Below are positions 1 through 11,300 of a DNA stretch of 34,643 nt, in pieces. The notes under the pieces were generated by a model. The model searched no databases. It saw only the letters and a program-made list of their open reading frames with translations, and was not told the origin of the DNA. Position 1 is the stretch's first letter, and the number at the start of each line of letters is the position of its first letter. The stretch is from assembly GCF_000281045.1 (NCBI RefSeq), contig NW_008246074.1, forward strand, positions 858,741 to 893,383, written 5' to 3'. Both the position numbers and the translations under genes were made by a program. This DNA is from Saprolegnia diclina VS20 (taxonomy: Eukaryota).

Positions 1-581
1 TTTTCGTTGGCTGGATATGCTGCGTGCGCTGCAACGTGGCTTCACTTTGGAGGGTCCCTTCAAGAAGGTATCCATGCAGTAAAGACACGCCACATGGCAT
101 CTTTTCTGTCGACGGCATCGGTGCGCTGTAGACACGCACGTAGTCAACGGCGCGGTGACGCCCCGTGGACCCGCGTTCGCGGCTTCACGACGACGAGAGG
201 GCAGGCAGAATTGGGTTCGTTGATACAACTAGTACTACTATGACGTGGCACCATGTGGGGCAACGAGTAGCTTGGGTGTGGGATCGAGGGATTCTTCCAC
301 GAGGAGCAAGCCTGGTCGTGGCATGTCGCAGACCGACGTTGGCAAGGGACCAGCACCACTTGGCTGCAATCGCCTTTGTTTCGTACACAGTCGTCTTTGC
401 AAGCACATAGCCAGTCAAGACGTACCCAACAAAAAGACTCGGCCATTCTCGCCTCGTCAGCTCGACGAGATGCATCGTTGCGTGCTGGAAGGCGCGCCAA
501 CAGGACAACCAGATACCAGAGTATGTACAACGAACGACAATTATGTATCTTTGTATATTTATTAAACCTCCACGCGACTTA

Positions 582-1580
582 TTACTTCTTGACTTGGTTG
601 ACAAACGGGCCGTTCGACTCGATCGCCTTGATGTTGTCCATCGTCGTCTTGGCAATGTTGGCGAGCGCCTCTTGGGTGAAGTACGCCTGGTGGCCCGTCA
701 CGAGCACGTTGGGGAACGTAAAGAGCTTGGTGAAATTCTCGTCGGCCATGATCTCGCCCGAGTGGTCTTCGTAAAAGATACCATTCTCGCCTTCAAAGAC
801 GTCCAACGCGACGCTGCCCACTTGGCCGTTCTTGAGGCCGCGGATGAGCGCCTTGGTGTTGATCAAGCCGCCGCGGCTCGTGTTGATGATCATGACGCCC
901 TTCTTCATGCGACCGATCGAGTCGTTGTTGATAATGTGGTGCGTCGACGGGAAGAGCGGGCAGTGGAGCGAGATAATGTCCGACTCGGCAATCACCTCTT
1001 CGACGCTCTTGTACGTAATGCCGTAGCTCAAGGCCTCGGCGTTCTGGAAGACGTCGTACGCGATCACGTTGCAGCCAAAGCCGACGCAAATCTTGCCAAA
1101 GAGCGCGCCAATCTTGCCGGTACCAATGATACCGACCGTCTTGCCGTGCAGATCAAAGCCAAGGAGACCTTGGAGGTTAAAGTTGAATTCGCGGGTGCGG
1201 TTGTAGGCGCGGTGGTACTTGCGGTTGAGCGTCATCATGAGGCCGGCCGCGTGCTCGGCGACCGCGTACGGCGAGTAGGCCGGCACGCGCAGCACGGGCA
1301 TTTCAAGCTCGGCCGCGACGTCGAGGTCGACCATGTCAAAGCCGGCACACCGCAGCAAGAGCGCCTTGACGCCGACCGAGTGAAGCTTGCGGAGCACGGC
1401 CGCGTTGGCGGTATCGTTGACAAAGATGACGACGATATCGCAGCCGGCCGCGAGCTGGGCCGTGCCGAGCGTGAGGCGGTGGGCAAAGAAGTGCAGGTCG
1501 TGCTCGATGTTCTCGGCCTTGGCCATGGCTTGCATCGACTCCGTGTCGTACACGTGCGCAGAAAAGAAGGCGACCTTCAT
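582..1580 (-). CDS. ldhA: D-lactate dehydrogenase (D-isomer-specific 2-hydroxyacid dehydrogenase, LdhA type), 332 aa, intronless
   Basis: Protein starts MKVAFFS at ATG 1580; the ORF-track start at 1700 adds a non-homologous extension. Motifs LRCAGFD, VPAYSPYAVAEH, NAD-binding GTGKIG, SLHCPL, INTSRG, DVFEGE and catalytic VTGHQAY match the LdhA family. Tandem TAA TAA stops. Confidence 0.93.
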   Translation of the reverse strand: MKVAFFSAHVYDTESMQAMAKAENIEHDLHFFAHRLTLGTAQLAAGCDIVVIFVNDTANAAVLRKLHSVGVKALLLRCAGFDMVDLDVAAELEMPVLRVPAYSPYAVAEHAAGLMMTLNRKYHRAYNRTREFNFNLQGLLGFDLHGKTVGIIGTGKIGALFGKICVGFGCNVIAYDVFQNAEALSYGITYKSVEEVIAESDIISLHCPLFPSTHHIINNDSIGRMKKGVMIINTSRGGLINTKALIRGLKNGQVGSVALDVFEGENGIFYEDHSGEIMADENFTKLFTFPNVLVTGHQAYFTQEALANIAKTTMDNIKAIESNGPFVNQVKK

Positions 1581-1635
1581 GGTGTTGGGGTACTGTAGTT
1601 GGAGGGAAAAGGGAAACTGGCAGCTGGGAGAAAGT

Positions 1636-1653
1636 GCAATCTCGCGAGATTGC
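1636..1653. promoter_or_regulatory. Perfect 18-bp palindrome GCAATCTCGCGAGATTGC upstream of ldhA
   Basis: The sequence equals its own reverse complement and lies 56-73 nt upstream of the ldhA ATG. A regulatory role is inferred from position only. Confidence 0.5.
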
Positions 1654-1786
1654 TGGGGACATAAACGCCACGCGGCGCGTGTCTCTGGCGCGCCATTCAT
1701 CGCTCCGCGTACCTAGGTATACACGCCACCTAAGGTGCGTGGGTCGTCGACGTTGCTGGATACGCGGATCAAAAATCAAGCACCAT

Positions 1787-2231
1787 ATGATTGGCGGAAA
1801 AGATCGACTTTTCTGGCCCCGGCTTGTGTTCGTGACGGGGCGGACCGCCATGTCGCGGTCGGCTCTGTGAATCCGGCGAGATACTCTGACTAAGGATAAC
1901 AAAACCTTTTTATGCTCTTGCGACGACTTGCGATGATGCACAGTGCAAATGCTGCCCTGGCTCGCTTTCGATGTGTTTGATTGGCTAAATATCGAATGCT
2001 TCGACCCAATCCGAATCCAAGCACGTACAGGATTTACGCGGACCAATTGAACCGAGATAGTGTGGACCGAGAACAAGCCCTCCTCGTTTCTGCGTCGTAG
2101 CACTCGTGTTGCATTTGTGCGAGTAGTGTAGATAGCTCTCCTTTACAAATCTTGTTGGTTCAGGAGTACGACCCATGATTTCCCATGCATGGCTGAGAGG
2201 CGTGCCCAGGATGCAATTTGATTGGACAAAA
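1787..2231. promoter_or_regulatory. Extended CCAAT boxes in the divergent ldhA/dynein promoter
   Basis: ATGATTGGCGGAAA (1787-1800), TTTGATTGGCTAAAT (1976-1990) and TTTGATTGGACAAAA (2217-2231). The same extended motif recurs in other 5' regions of the window and resembles the oomycete CCAAT-box consensus. Confidence 0.65.
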
Positions 2232-2313
2232 TAGTACGCGTCCGTGCCGCGGATTGGCCCAGCCGCGATCCTACGAAAGGTCATCTCGAGCCGGCGCGCC
2301 TGATCGACCATTG

Positions 2314-5300
2314 ATGGAGGACGAGGCGGAGCTCAACGTAGCACCGCAGCTCGAGTGGGCCAAGGTGCTTTGCACGGGCGATGGCCCGTCCAAGCGCAGC
2401 GGTCACTCGCTCACGATCGTCGGCTCGAACGGGTTCCTCTTTGGCGGCTGCGACTATGCCGACCCCCCAGGGCCGACCAACGACCTATTCCAAATGCGCA
2501 TCAACACCAACGGCACGTGCGACTGGAGTCGCGTCCTCTTTCGGAAAGGCCCGGCCGCGCGCTGGAAGCACAGCGCGACGAACGTCGACAATAAGATCTT
2601 TGTGTTTGGCGGCTTCCACTCGGCGACGGCCCGCTTCCAGGACCTTTGGGTCTTCAACCCGATCACGATGGAGTGGAGCCAGCCCGTGCCGCAGGCGTCG
2701 CCGCGCAACGCCAAGCCATCGTCCGTCTCGTTCGGGTGGCCCAACTGCCCGCCACCCCGTGGCGGGCACTCGGCCTGTCTCGTCGACCGTGACATTTACA
2801 TCTTTGGCGGGTACGGTGGCCAAGGCTACAGTCGGCGCGACTTTGACGACTTGTATGCACTCAACGTTGACGACATGAGCTGGGTGAAAATCACAGTCAA
2901 GGGCAAGGTTCCGGAGAAGCGGTCGGGCCATCAAGCGTGCGCGGTCGACACGAAAATGTTTGTGTTTGGCGGCTGGAATTGCTCGCAGCAGTTCAACGAC
3001 TTGTTCATTTTCGATACGGAAACATCGTCGTGGAGCAGCGTCGAGGGCAGTCACATGGCGCACACGTCGCCGCGCTGGAATCACGCGTCGTGCGCCGTCT
3101 TGGCGATCCCGAACGCCAAGATCTTTTGCTTTGGGGGCGTCCTCGGTATGACCAACGAGTACGGTGCACCCGGCGCATTTGCCAACGACATTAGCGTCCT
3201 CGACTCGGGCACATTGCAGTGGCACGTGCCGTTGATCTCGGGCGCCCCGCCCGCGCCCCGCTCCGACACGACGCTCGCGTACGACGACAAAGGCAGTCGC
3301 TTACTGATATGCGGCGGGTGGGCCAACTCGTGGCTCAACGATGTGTTTGCACTCGACGTGAGCTGCGTCGTCGGGCCGCCGTACGCGATCACGGGGCTCT
3401 TCCCGACCTTTGGCGCCATCACGGGCGGTACGCTCCTGACGATCGAAGGCATCGACTTTGTGTCTCGGCCTGTCATCGTTCGCTTCGCCTGTCGCAAGGG
3501 CACATTGGACGTCGCGGGGACGTTTGTGAGCGAAGAAATGCTCACAGTCGTCACGCCCGACTACTCGGGGTTCCCCCCCGGCGACGTCCAAGTCCGCGTC
3601 GCGCTTCAAGGCGACTCGTTTACGACGACGAGCCAAACGTTCAACTTTTTCGCTGTCACGTCGGCCGCAACCTCGTTGGTCTTTGGCCCAGGCGTCCTCT
3701 CGGGCGCCGCCATCTCGGAGCCGGTCGCGTTCGTTGTACAAGCCTGCGACGGCGCCGGCAATGTGCGAACGCGCGGCGGCGATGCGTTTGGTATCACGGT
3801 GCGCTGCTTAGCCGACGACCGCGACATTCCAGTCGAAGTGACCGACCTGGAGAACGGCATGTACATGGTCACGTACATTGCGCCAACGCGCGGTGAGTAC
3901 GAGATTGTCATCGAGTTCCTTGGCACCTTTGGGGGCACCGCCGGTGTCCTCTACGGCTTTCCGCTGGTCGTCACGTTTGAGGACAATGTCGCCCGCGACG
4001 GCAACCGCATGAACGGCAAGCTCCTCTTGGACAACGTGGCCATGGAGATGGCGTCGCTCACGGCCATGATGGCCGAGTGCGCGCGCGGGCTCCAGATCGA
4101 GCTCACAGGGTCGCTTTCATCGGCCGAAGACACCCCCGCGCTCATTCAACTCAAGGAGCAGCTCTTTATGATCGAGAAGCGGGGCACGGAGACGCGCCAT
4201 CGACTGGCCAAGGTTCGAAGCATGCTCGCATATCTGGGGACGACCGTCGACGTCGAGCGCGACAAGGCGTCGCTCCGTGATCTGGAACAAACGTGGTCGG
4301 ACTTGCTTCTCAAGGTGCCCATGGTCGCGGGCAAGATTGCACCGCGTCTGCAAGCCCAGGCGTCGCGCACGAAAAGCGACATTCAAGCTCACCATACGAC
4401 CGTGCTCGCGTACCACGAGTGCTTCAAGGCCCTGCCCATCTGGCGCTTTGAGACGGGCGTCAAAGGCGGCCTCCGGCAACTCGACGAAGCGGCGATTTGT
4501 CATCGTGACGAAGACGCCAAATTTCAGCAGATGCGGCACATCGCCGAGATTTTCGAGTGCCTTCCGCTCATGGAGCCGTCCGAGCGCGTCATGAATGGCA
4601 TCGCGCGGTGCCTCGACCGCCTGCGCGCTGTGTGGCACTGCGTCGACGACGTTGGCCGCAAACTGGCGTTTGTGCGGGACCTTCTCTGGGCCGACTTGGA
4701 CGGCGGCATGCTCGAGGACGAAGCGCGGAGTCTCATGGCCAGCGTCAAAGGTGTCGGGAAAGACCGCGACATTAAGGAAAGCAGTGTCTACTTGGGGCTC
4801 GAAGCCATGACGCGCGACTTTTTACTGAGTTGCCCGCTTTACCAAGCGCTTCGACACCCGTCCATGCAGGCGCGGCACTGGCAAGAGCTCATGGGCTTGC
4901 TGCAAACGACATTTCCCAACCCGATCGAGTCGCTCGACCTCAAATTTGGCGACCTCATGCGTCTCTCGCTTGCCGATCACAGCAAGGACATCGAAGACCT
5001 TACGGACCGCGCACAGAAGGAGCAACGGATTGAAGTGGCCTTGGCCGAAATCGAAGGCCGTTGGGACACGATCGCATTTGAACTGTCGTCGTACGACGAG
5101 ACAGACGTGCCCCTTCTCCGCGTCCGCGACGAAGACGTCGAGATCTTGGAGGCCGACCAAGTGGCCGTGCAAGCGATGCTCAGTGGTCGCGTGGCGTTCT
5201 TCCAAGCCGCGAGCCAAGTGTGGGCCGACAAACTCAGGTACATTTATTGTCTATAGTATGCAAGACAATATGCGGATGTAGCACGATTGCCGACGTGACG

Positions 5301-8300
5301 GCGGCGCTGAGCGAGATCCAGCGCACGTGGGCCTATTTGGAGCCGCTCTTTATTGGCTCGGAAGAGGTCAAGCGCGAGTTGCCACGAGACGCCGAACAGT
5401 TTGCGATCGTCGACGGCGCGGTCAAGACCCTACTCCACGCCATGGCCGACGTGCGCATTGTGCTGCGAGGTACCTACTTTTCATTCCTAATGTCTCGATG
5501 CCACGGTCGAAGTAGCGTGTACGGACCACCCAAATCAGGTGGCGCACCTTCAAGCACTCATTTCCACCCTGCAGACGTGCCAGACGTCGCTGATCGAGTT
5601 TTTGGAAGGCAAACGTCGGCTCTTTCCGCGCTTTTATTTTACGTCGGAAGCCGACTTGCTCGATATTCTCTCCAACGGAAGCCGCCCCGAACTCATTTTG
5701 AAGCACCTCAACAAGGTCTTCCTCGCGACCGAGAGCTTTGCATTTGAGCACACAAACATTATCGTGCAGTTTGTCGCAAGCGTCGGCAAGGAAGTCGTCC
5801 GCTTCCTCTCGCCGCTCGCGCTCACGGGCAAAGTCGAGGCGTACTTGACAGACGCGCACTTGGCCATGCAACAAACGCTCCTCGAAAGCATCAAGAGCTC
5901 TGTGAAGCGGTACCCGACGCTCAACCGCGTCGAGTGGCTCTCAGCGCGGACGCCCGAAGCCGCCTTCCTCGACCCGGCGCAGGTTCTTGTCTTGATACAC
6001 ACAACAAAGGAACCAAAGCAAGTAGGTCGTCCTCTTGGTCGCCGGCATTGAGTACGTCAAGCACGTTGAAGGCGCATTTAGCGCGATCGCCAAAGGCCAC
6101 GAAAACGCTCTGGGCGAGCTCCTCGAAGTCGTCTCGATCCAGCTCCAAGAGCTCATCAAGCTGACGCGAACGTCGCTGAGCGAAGATGCGCGCATGCGCA
6201 TCATGTGCCTCATCACGCTGGATGCGCACGGCCGGGACATTCTCCAGTCCATGGTGTCCCAGCACATCACCTCGGCGGCCTCCTTTGTGTGGCAAGCCCA
6301 GCTCAAGCCCCGGTACGTCTTATCGCTGCTTGTCCAACAACGACAAAATATGCAACGCTGGTGGCATGTAGGCTGGTCCTGGAGGCGACGCCGTCGCTCG
6401 ATATTTGCGATGCAAGCTTCGAATATGGCCTCGAGTACCTCGGCAACGGCCCGCGCCTCGTCATTACGCCGTTGACGGACCGCATGTATGTGACGGCGAC
6501 CCAAGCACTGCACTTGCACATGGGCTGCGCGCCGGCGGGACCCGCAGGCACGGGCAAGACCGAGACCACAAAAGACCTCGCCAGTGCGCTCGGAAAAGCG
6601 TGCTATGTCTTCAACTGCTCGCCCGAGATGGACTACAAAAGCCTTGGCAACATTTTCAAAGGTACACAATGGTCGCGGTACAAGACGTAACTCGGGTTAG
6701 GGTTGGCGTCCAGCGGCGCGTGGGGCTGCTTTGACGAATTCAACCGCCTCATACCCGAAGTGCTCAGCGTCTGCTGTGTGCAATTCAAAGCCGTGTGCGA
6801 TGGCATTCGAAGCGGCGCGGCGTCGATCGTTCTCGAAGGTCCAGTTTGCGTCTTTTTCATATGTATATTTCTGCATGGAATGCTTATGGCCGTGGTGTAG
6901 GCGACAGTGTCGGCTTGGACCCAACGTGCGGCACCTTTATCACGATGAACCCGGGGTACCTCGGGCGGTCCGAGCTGCCGGAAGGTCTCAAAGCCCTTTT
7001 CCGTCCGATCACAGTCATGATGCCGGACCTGCTCTTGATCTGCGAAAACATGCTCATGGCCCAAGGGTTTACCCAGGCCAAGACACTTGCGTCCAAGTTC
7101 TATAACCTGTACCAGCTCTGCAAGGAGCTCCTCTCGCAGCAAGAGCATTACGACTGGGGGCTTCGCGCAATCAAGTCGATTCTTATGGTTACCGGTGCGC
7201 TCAAGCGCAGCGAGCCAACGCTCGGCGAGTCCCAGCTCCTTTTACGCGCGTTGCGGGACTTTAACGTGCCCAAGCTGGTCCTGGCCGACGAGCCTATTTT
7301 TCATGGTCTTCTCAATGATCTTTTCCCTGAAGAGCACCCTCCTCGGTACGTTGCTATTCTATTCTATCAACGCTAAGATGGACAAACGAGGTCCACGGAC
7401 GCCAACCTTGAAAAGCACATTGAAGCGTCGTGCGAAGCGCTTGGGCTCTGGCCGGACCCCGGGTTTCGGCTTAAAGTGGTGCAGCTCGACGAGCTACTGG
7501 CCCTGCGCCACTGTGTGTTTGTGATTGGCCCGGCCGGCGCCGGCAAGTCCGAGTGCATCACGACCTTGCAGCACGCTGGCGGGCTCCGGGGCACCAAGGT
7601 CAAACTGGTCGACTTGAATCCCAAAGTGGTCTCGACCGACGAACTCTATGGGTTCATGCACGTCTCGACGCGCGAGTGGCGCGACGGACTACTCTCCAAG
7701 CTCATGCGCGACTTGGCCAACGACGACGGTGACTACTGGAAATGGCTCGTCCTCGACGGGTATAACATTTTTGTCGAAAAATGGTTATAAACAAGATGGA
7801 CTAGCGATCTCGATGCAAATTGGATCGAGTCGATGAACTCGGTCATGGACGACAACAAGATGCTCACACTCGCCTCCAACGAACGCATTCCGCTCAAAAA
7901 GTACATGCGGCTTTTGTTTGAGATCAAGGACCTGACGTACGCGACGCCGGCGACCGTGTCCCGCGCCGGCATCTTGTACCTGGCTGCCGACGACGGTACC
8001 CGCCTCTCGTGATCTGCCGTCTTCATTGAGTGCGCAGGCATGCAGTACCGATCGTTCATTGCGAGCTGGCTCAACGATGCCTCGCCCGAGGTCGACGTTC
8101 GCAGTCGCCTCGGCGAAGTTGTGCTCAAGTACGTCGAGCCATGCGTCGCGTACTGCAAGCGGCTACCGCCGATCGTGCCGCGACCCGACCTCGTCGCGGT
8201 GCAAGCCCTTCTCTACTTTCTCGATGCTACGCTCGATGCAAGCGTGGTCGCCGAGACCAAACGGATTGAGATTGTGTGTGGGTTTGCGTCCATTTGGGCG

Positions 8301-11300
8301 TTCGGAGGGCCGCTGACGACGACCGCCGACGACGGCACCGACAGTCGCAAGCTCTTTAGCGACTGGTGGCGCGCCGAGTTCAAGAGCATCAAGGTGCCGA
8401 TCCGGGACACGGTGTTCGACTATTTTTTAAACCCGCAAACGCTCGTGTTTGAGAGCTGGAAGACATGTGTATGGTACACGTCGTCGGTCAAGTACGACGC
8501 CAGCGTCGCCATGTACGACCTCACGGTGCCGACGCCCGAGACGGCCAGTGTCCTATTTTGGAGCGACAAGATGGTGAGCGAGTCGCACGGCGTCATGCTC
8601 GCTGGCGGGGCCGGCACGGGCAAGACGCGGCTGCTTCTCGGGTACCTCGACGCGAGCACAAGATTGACCAACCAGGATGACAAAGGCTACCAGTCCAGTC
8701 GCGTGACGTTCAACTACTACACGAACGCGCCGACACTCCAAAGTATGCTGGAAGCCAAGCTCGTCAAGCGCGTGGGCTCGACGTACGGCCCGATCACGGC
8801 CGGCGTCCAGTGGATCTTCTTCTTGGACGATGTCAATTTGCCTATGCTGGACGCCTACAACACACAGAGCGCGCTCGCCTTGCTCCGGCAGCTGCTCGAC
8901 TACGAGCACTGGTACGACCGCAGCAAGTTTAGTCTCAAGCACCTCGTCGACTGCCAGTTTGTTGCGTGCATGAACCCGAGTGCCGGGTCGTTCTCGATCA
9001 ACCCGCGGCTCCAGCGCCATTTTGTGACGTTTGCGGTCGCGCTTCCGAGCCCGACGAACCTCGTGACCATCTACCAGACGTTCTTGGACGGGCACCTTGC
9101 CGATTTTACAGACGACGTCAAGCGCCTCTCGGGTGCGCTTCTCAAAGGTATATTGCGCATTTCCTAGTCCTTTCCTAAACGCCTTCGAAATGACAGCGGC
9201 GCTCGCCTTACACAACCAAGTGGCAGCGACGTTTCGCAAGACAGCCGCCAACTTTCATTACGAGTTCAATTTGCGTCATATTTCGAACGTCTTTGCGGGC
9301 CTCTTGCTCTCAAAACCCGCGGCCTTTGAGGTACAAGTTATTTGATAAACAATAATGTCTAACATCGATAGGACACGACGAAAATGGTGCTGTTGTGGAT
9401 GCACGAGTCGGCACGGGTCTACGCCGATCGGCTTGTGTCGCTCGCCGACCTCGCCAAGTACAATGTGATGATCCAGAACCACGTCAAAAAGTCATTTCCG
9501 TCTGTCTCGTTCCAGCGCTTCTTTGCGCCCGAGCACGCCGACCCGATCCTCTTTGGCGCACTCAATGGTCCGGAGAGCGACTACGACCAGATCACGACGT
9601 ACACGGAGCTGCGGCAAAAAGCCGAGGACGCGTTGACCGAGTACAATGCGCTCTTGCCCAAGATGGACCTCGTTCTCTTCAAGGATGCCCTCGAACACGT
9701 GGCGCGCATCGTCCGCATGCTCACGACGGGCCACGCGCTGCTCGTCGGCGTTGGCGGCAGCGGGCGCAAGTCGCTCGCCCGCCTTGCTGCGCACGTGGCG
9801 TCCTACAGTACCGTCGACATCACTCTCACGCAGAGCTACAGGTTTGGCTCGAAGCCTCATGGTATCGAGAAAGACTATGATGAAATGGCTAGTCTGCTCG
9901 ACTTCAAGGCCGATCTCCAAGCGCTGTTTGCTCGCGCCGGGCTCAAAGGGGACAAGGTCGTCTTTCTCTTGAGCGACGCCGACATCAAGCACGACCGCAT
10001 GCTCGTGGCCATCAACGATTTGCTTTCATCTGGCAATGTGCCCGATCTCTACTCGAGTGAGGAGCAAGATGCGGTCGTGAGCCAAGTCGCAGCCAAATAC
10101 AAAGGCGTACGCACTCTCCTTGTGGTCTATAGTAACTGAAAAATTGGCATATAGGACAAGGATGCCAGTTGGGCGTACTTTCTCGATCAAATCAAGCGCA
10201 ACGTACATTGTGTGCTCTGCTTCTCACCGGTCGACGGGCGCCTTCGGCAGTGGGCGCGGCGGTTTCCCGCGCTCGTCAACTGCACGGGCATCGACTGGTT
10301 CCAGCCGTGGCCGGCCGATGCCCTCCATAGCGTCGCAGAAAAGGCACTCAGCGCCACGACACTCCACGATGAAAAGCTCACGGCCGTCGAGGCGTTCATG
10401 CCGCACGCCTTTGCCTCCGTCAACACGGTTGCTATCGCGTTCAAGAACGACGAGCACCGCAATGTGTACACTACACCCAAGACGTACCTCGAGTGCCTCG
10501 CCTTCTTCAATGCGCTTCTGAGCTGCAAGCAGCGCGAGAAATCGACGGTCCGTGCCGGACGTTTTCCCGTATTTTCCGTCATTTTCGTTCTCAATTATTC
10601 CCATTAGGACATTTTTCGACTCCAGTCGGGGCTTGACAAGATGGACGCCACGTCGCATGTCGTCGCCAACATTGAAGACGAGCTCAAGGTCATGCTCGCC
10701 GAGGCGATGGAGAAGAAGGTGGTAGCAGAAGAAATGGCAACCGCGGTCGCCGCCGACAAGATCGTGGTCGAGACCGAGACCCAAAAAGCGAGCGTCGAAG
10801 CCGCCAAGTGCCAAGTGATGCACGACGAGATGTCGGTCAAGAAGGCCGACACGGAGAAGGACCTCGAAGCCGCGCTGCCCATGGTATGCAACACTTCAAC
10901 GAAAAATGACCAAGAACCGCCTAGATTGACGCCGCGATGGCCGCCCTTGACACGCTCAACCGCAAGGACCTCGGCAACTGCAAGACCATGTCCAAGCCGC
11001 CGTCGGGCGTCGGCGACATCTTTGCGAGCGTCATGGTGCTCTTTGCGGGTCTCAACCCCGACATTCCCGTTCAAAAGAACGGTAAAATCAAAGAAAAAGA
11101 CCGGTCGTGGGAAAGCGCCAAGAAGATTCTTCTCTCCAACGTCAACGCACTCATGGACGACCTGCACAGTACGCCCGTTGTGTCATGTGTGGACAATTTG
11201 TCTAATGTCTTGTAGACTTCAAGTCGCTCGTGGATTCGTATGCGGTCCCCGATGTCAACTGGAAGGAGATTCGACCGCTCTTGGAGCTATCGCATTTCAA

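Noticed and set aside
1..565. Short ORFs at the window start (for example 245-565 +)
   Set aside because: No recognisable motif or convincing exon structure; cannot be supported as coding from this window.
543..1598. 351-aa + strand ORF antisense to ldhA
   Set aside because: Codon-register mirror of a strongly GC3-biased gene. It has no recognisable motifs, and the absence of stops follows from avoidance of TTA/CTA/TCA codons on the coding strand.
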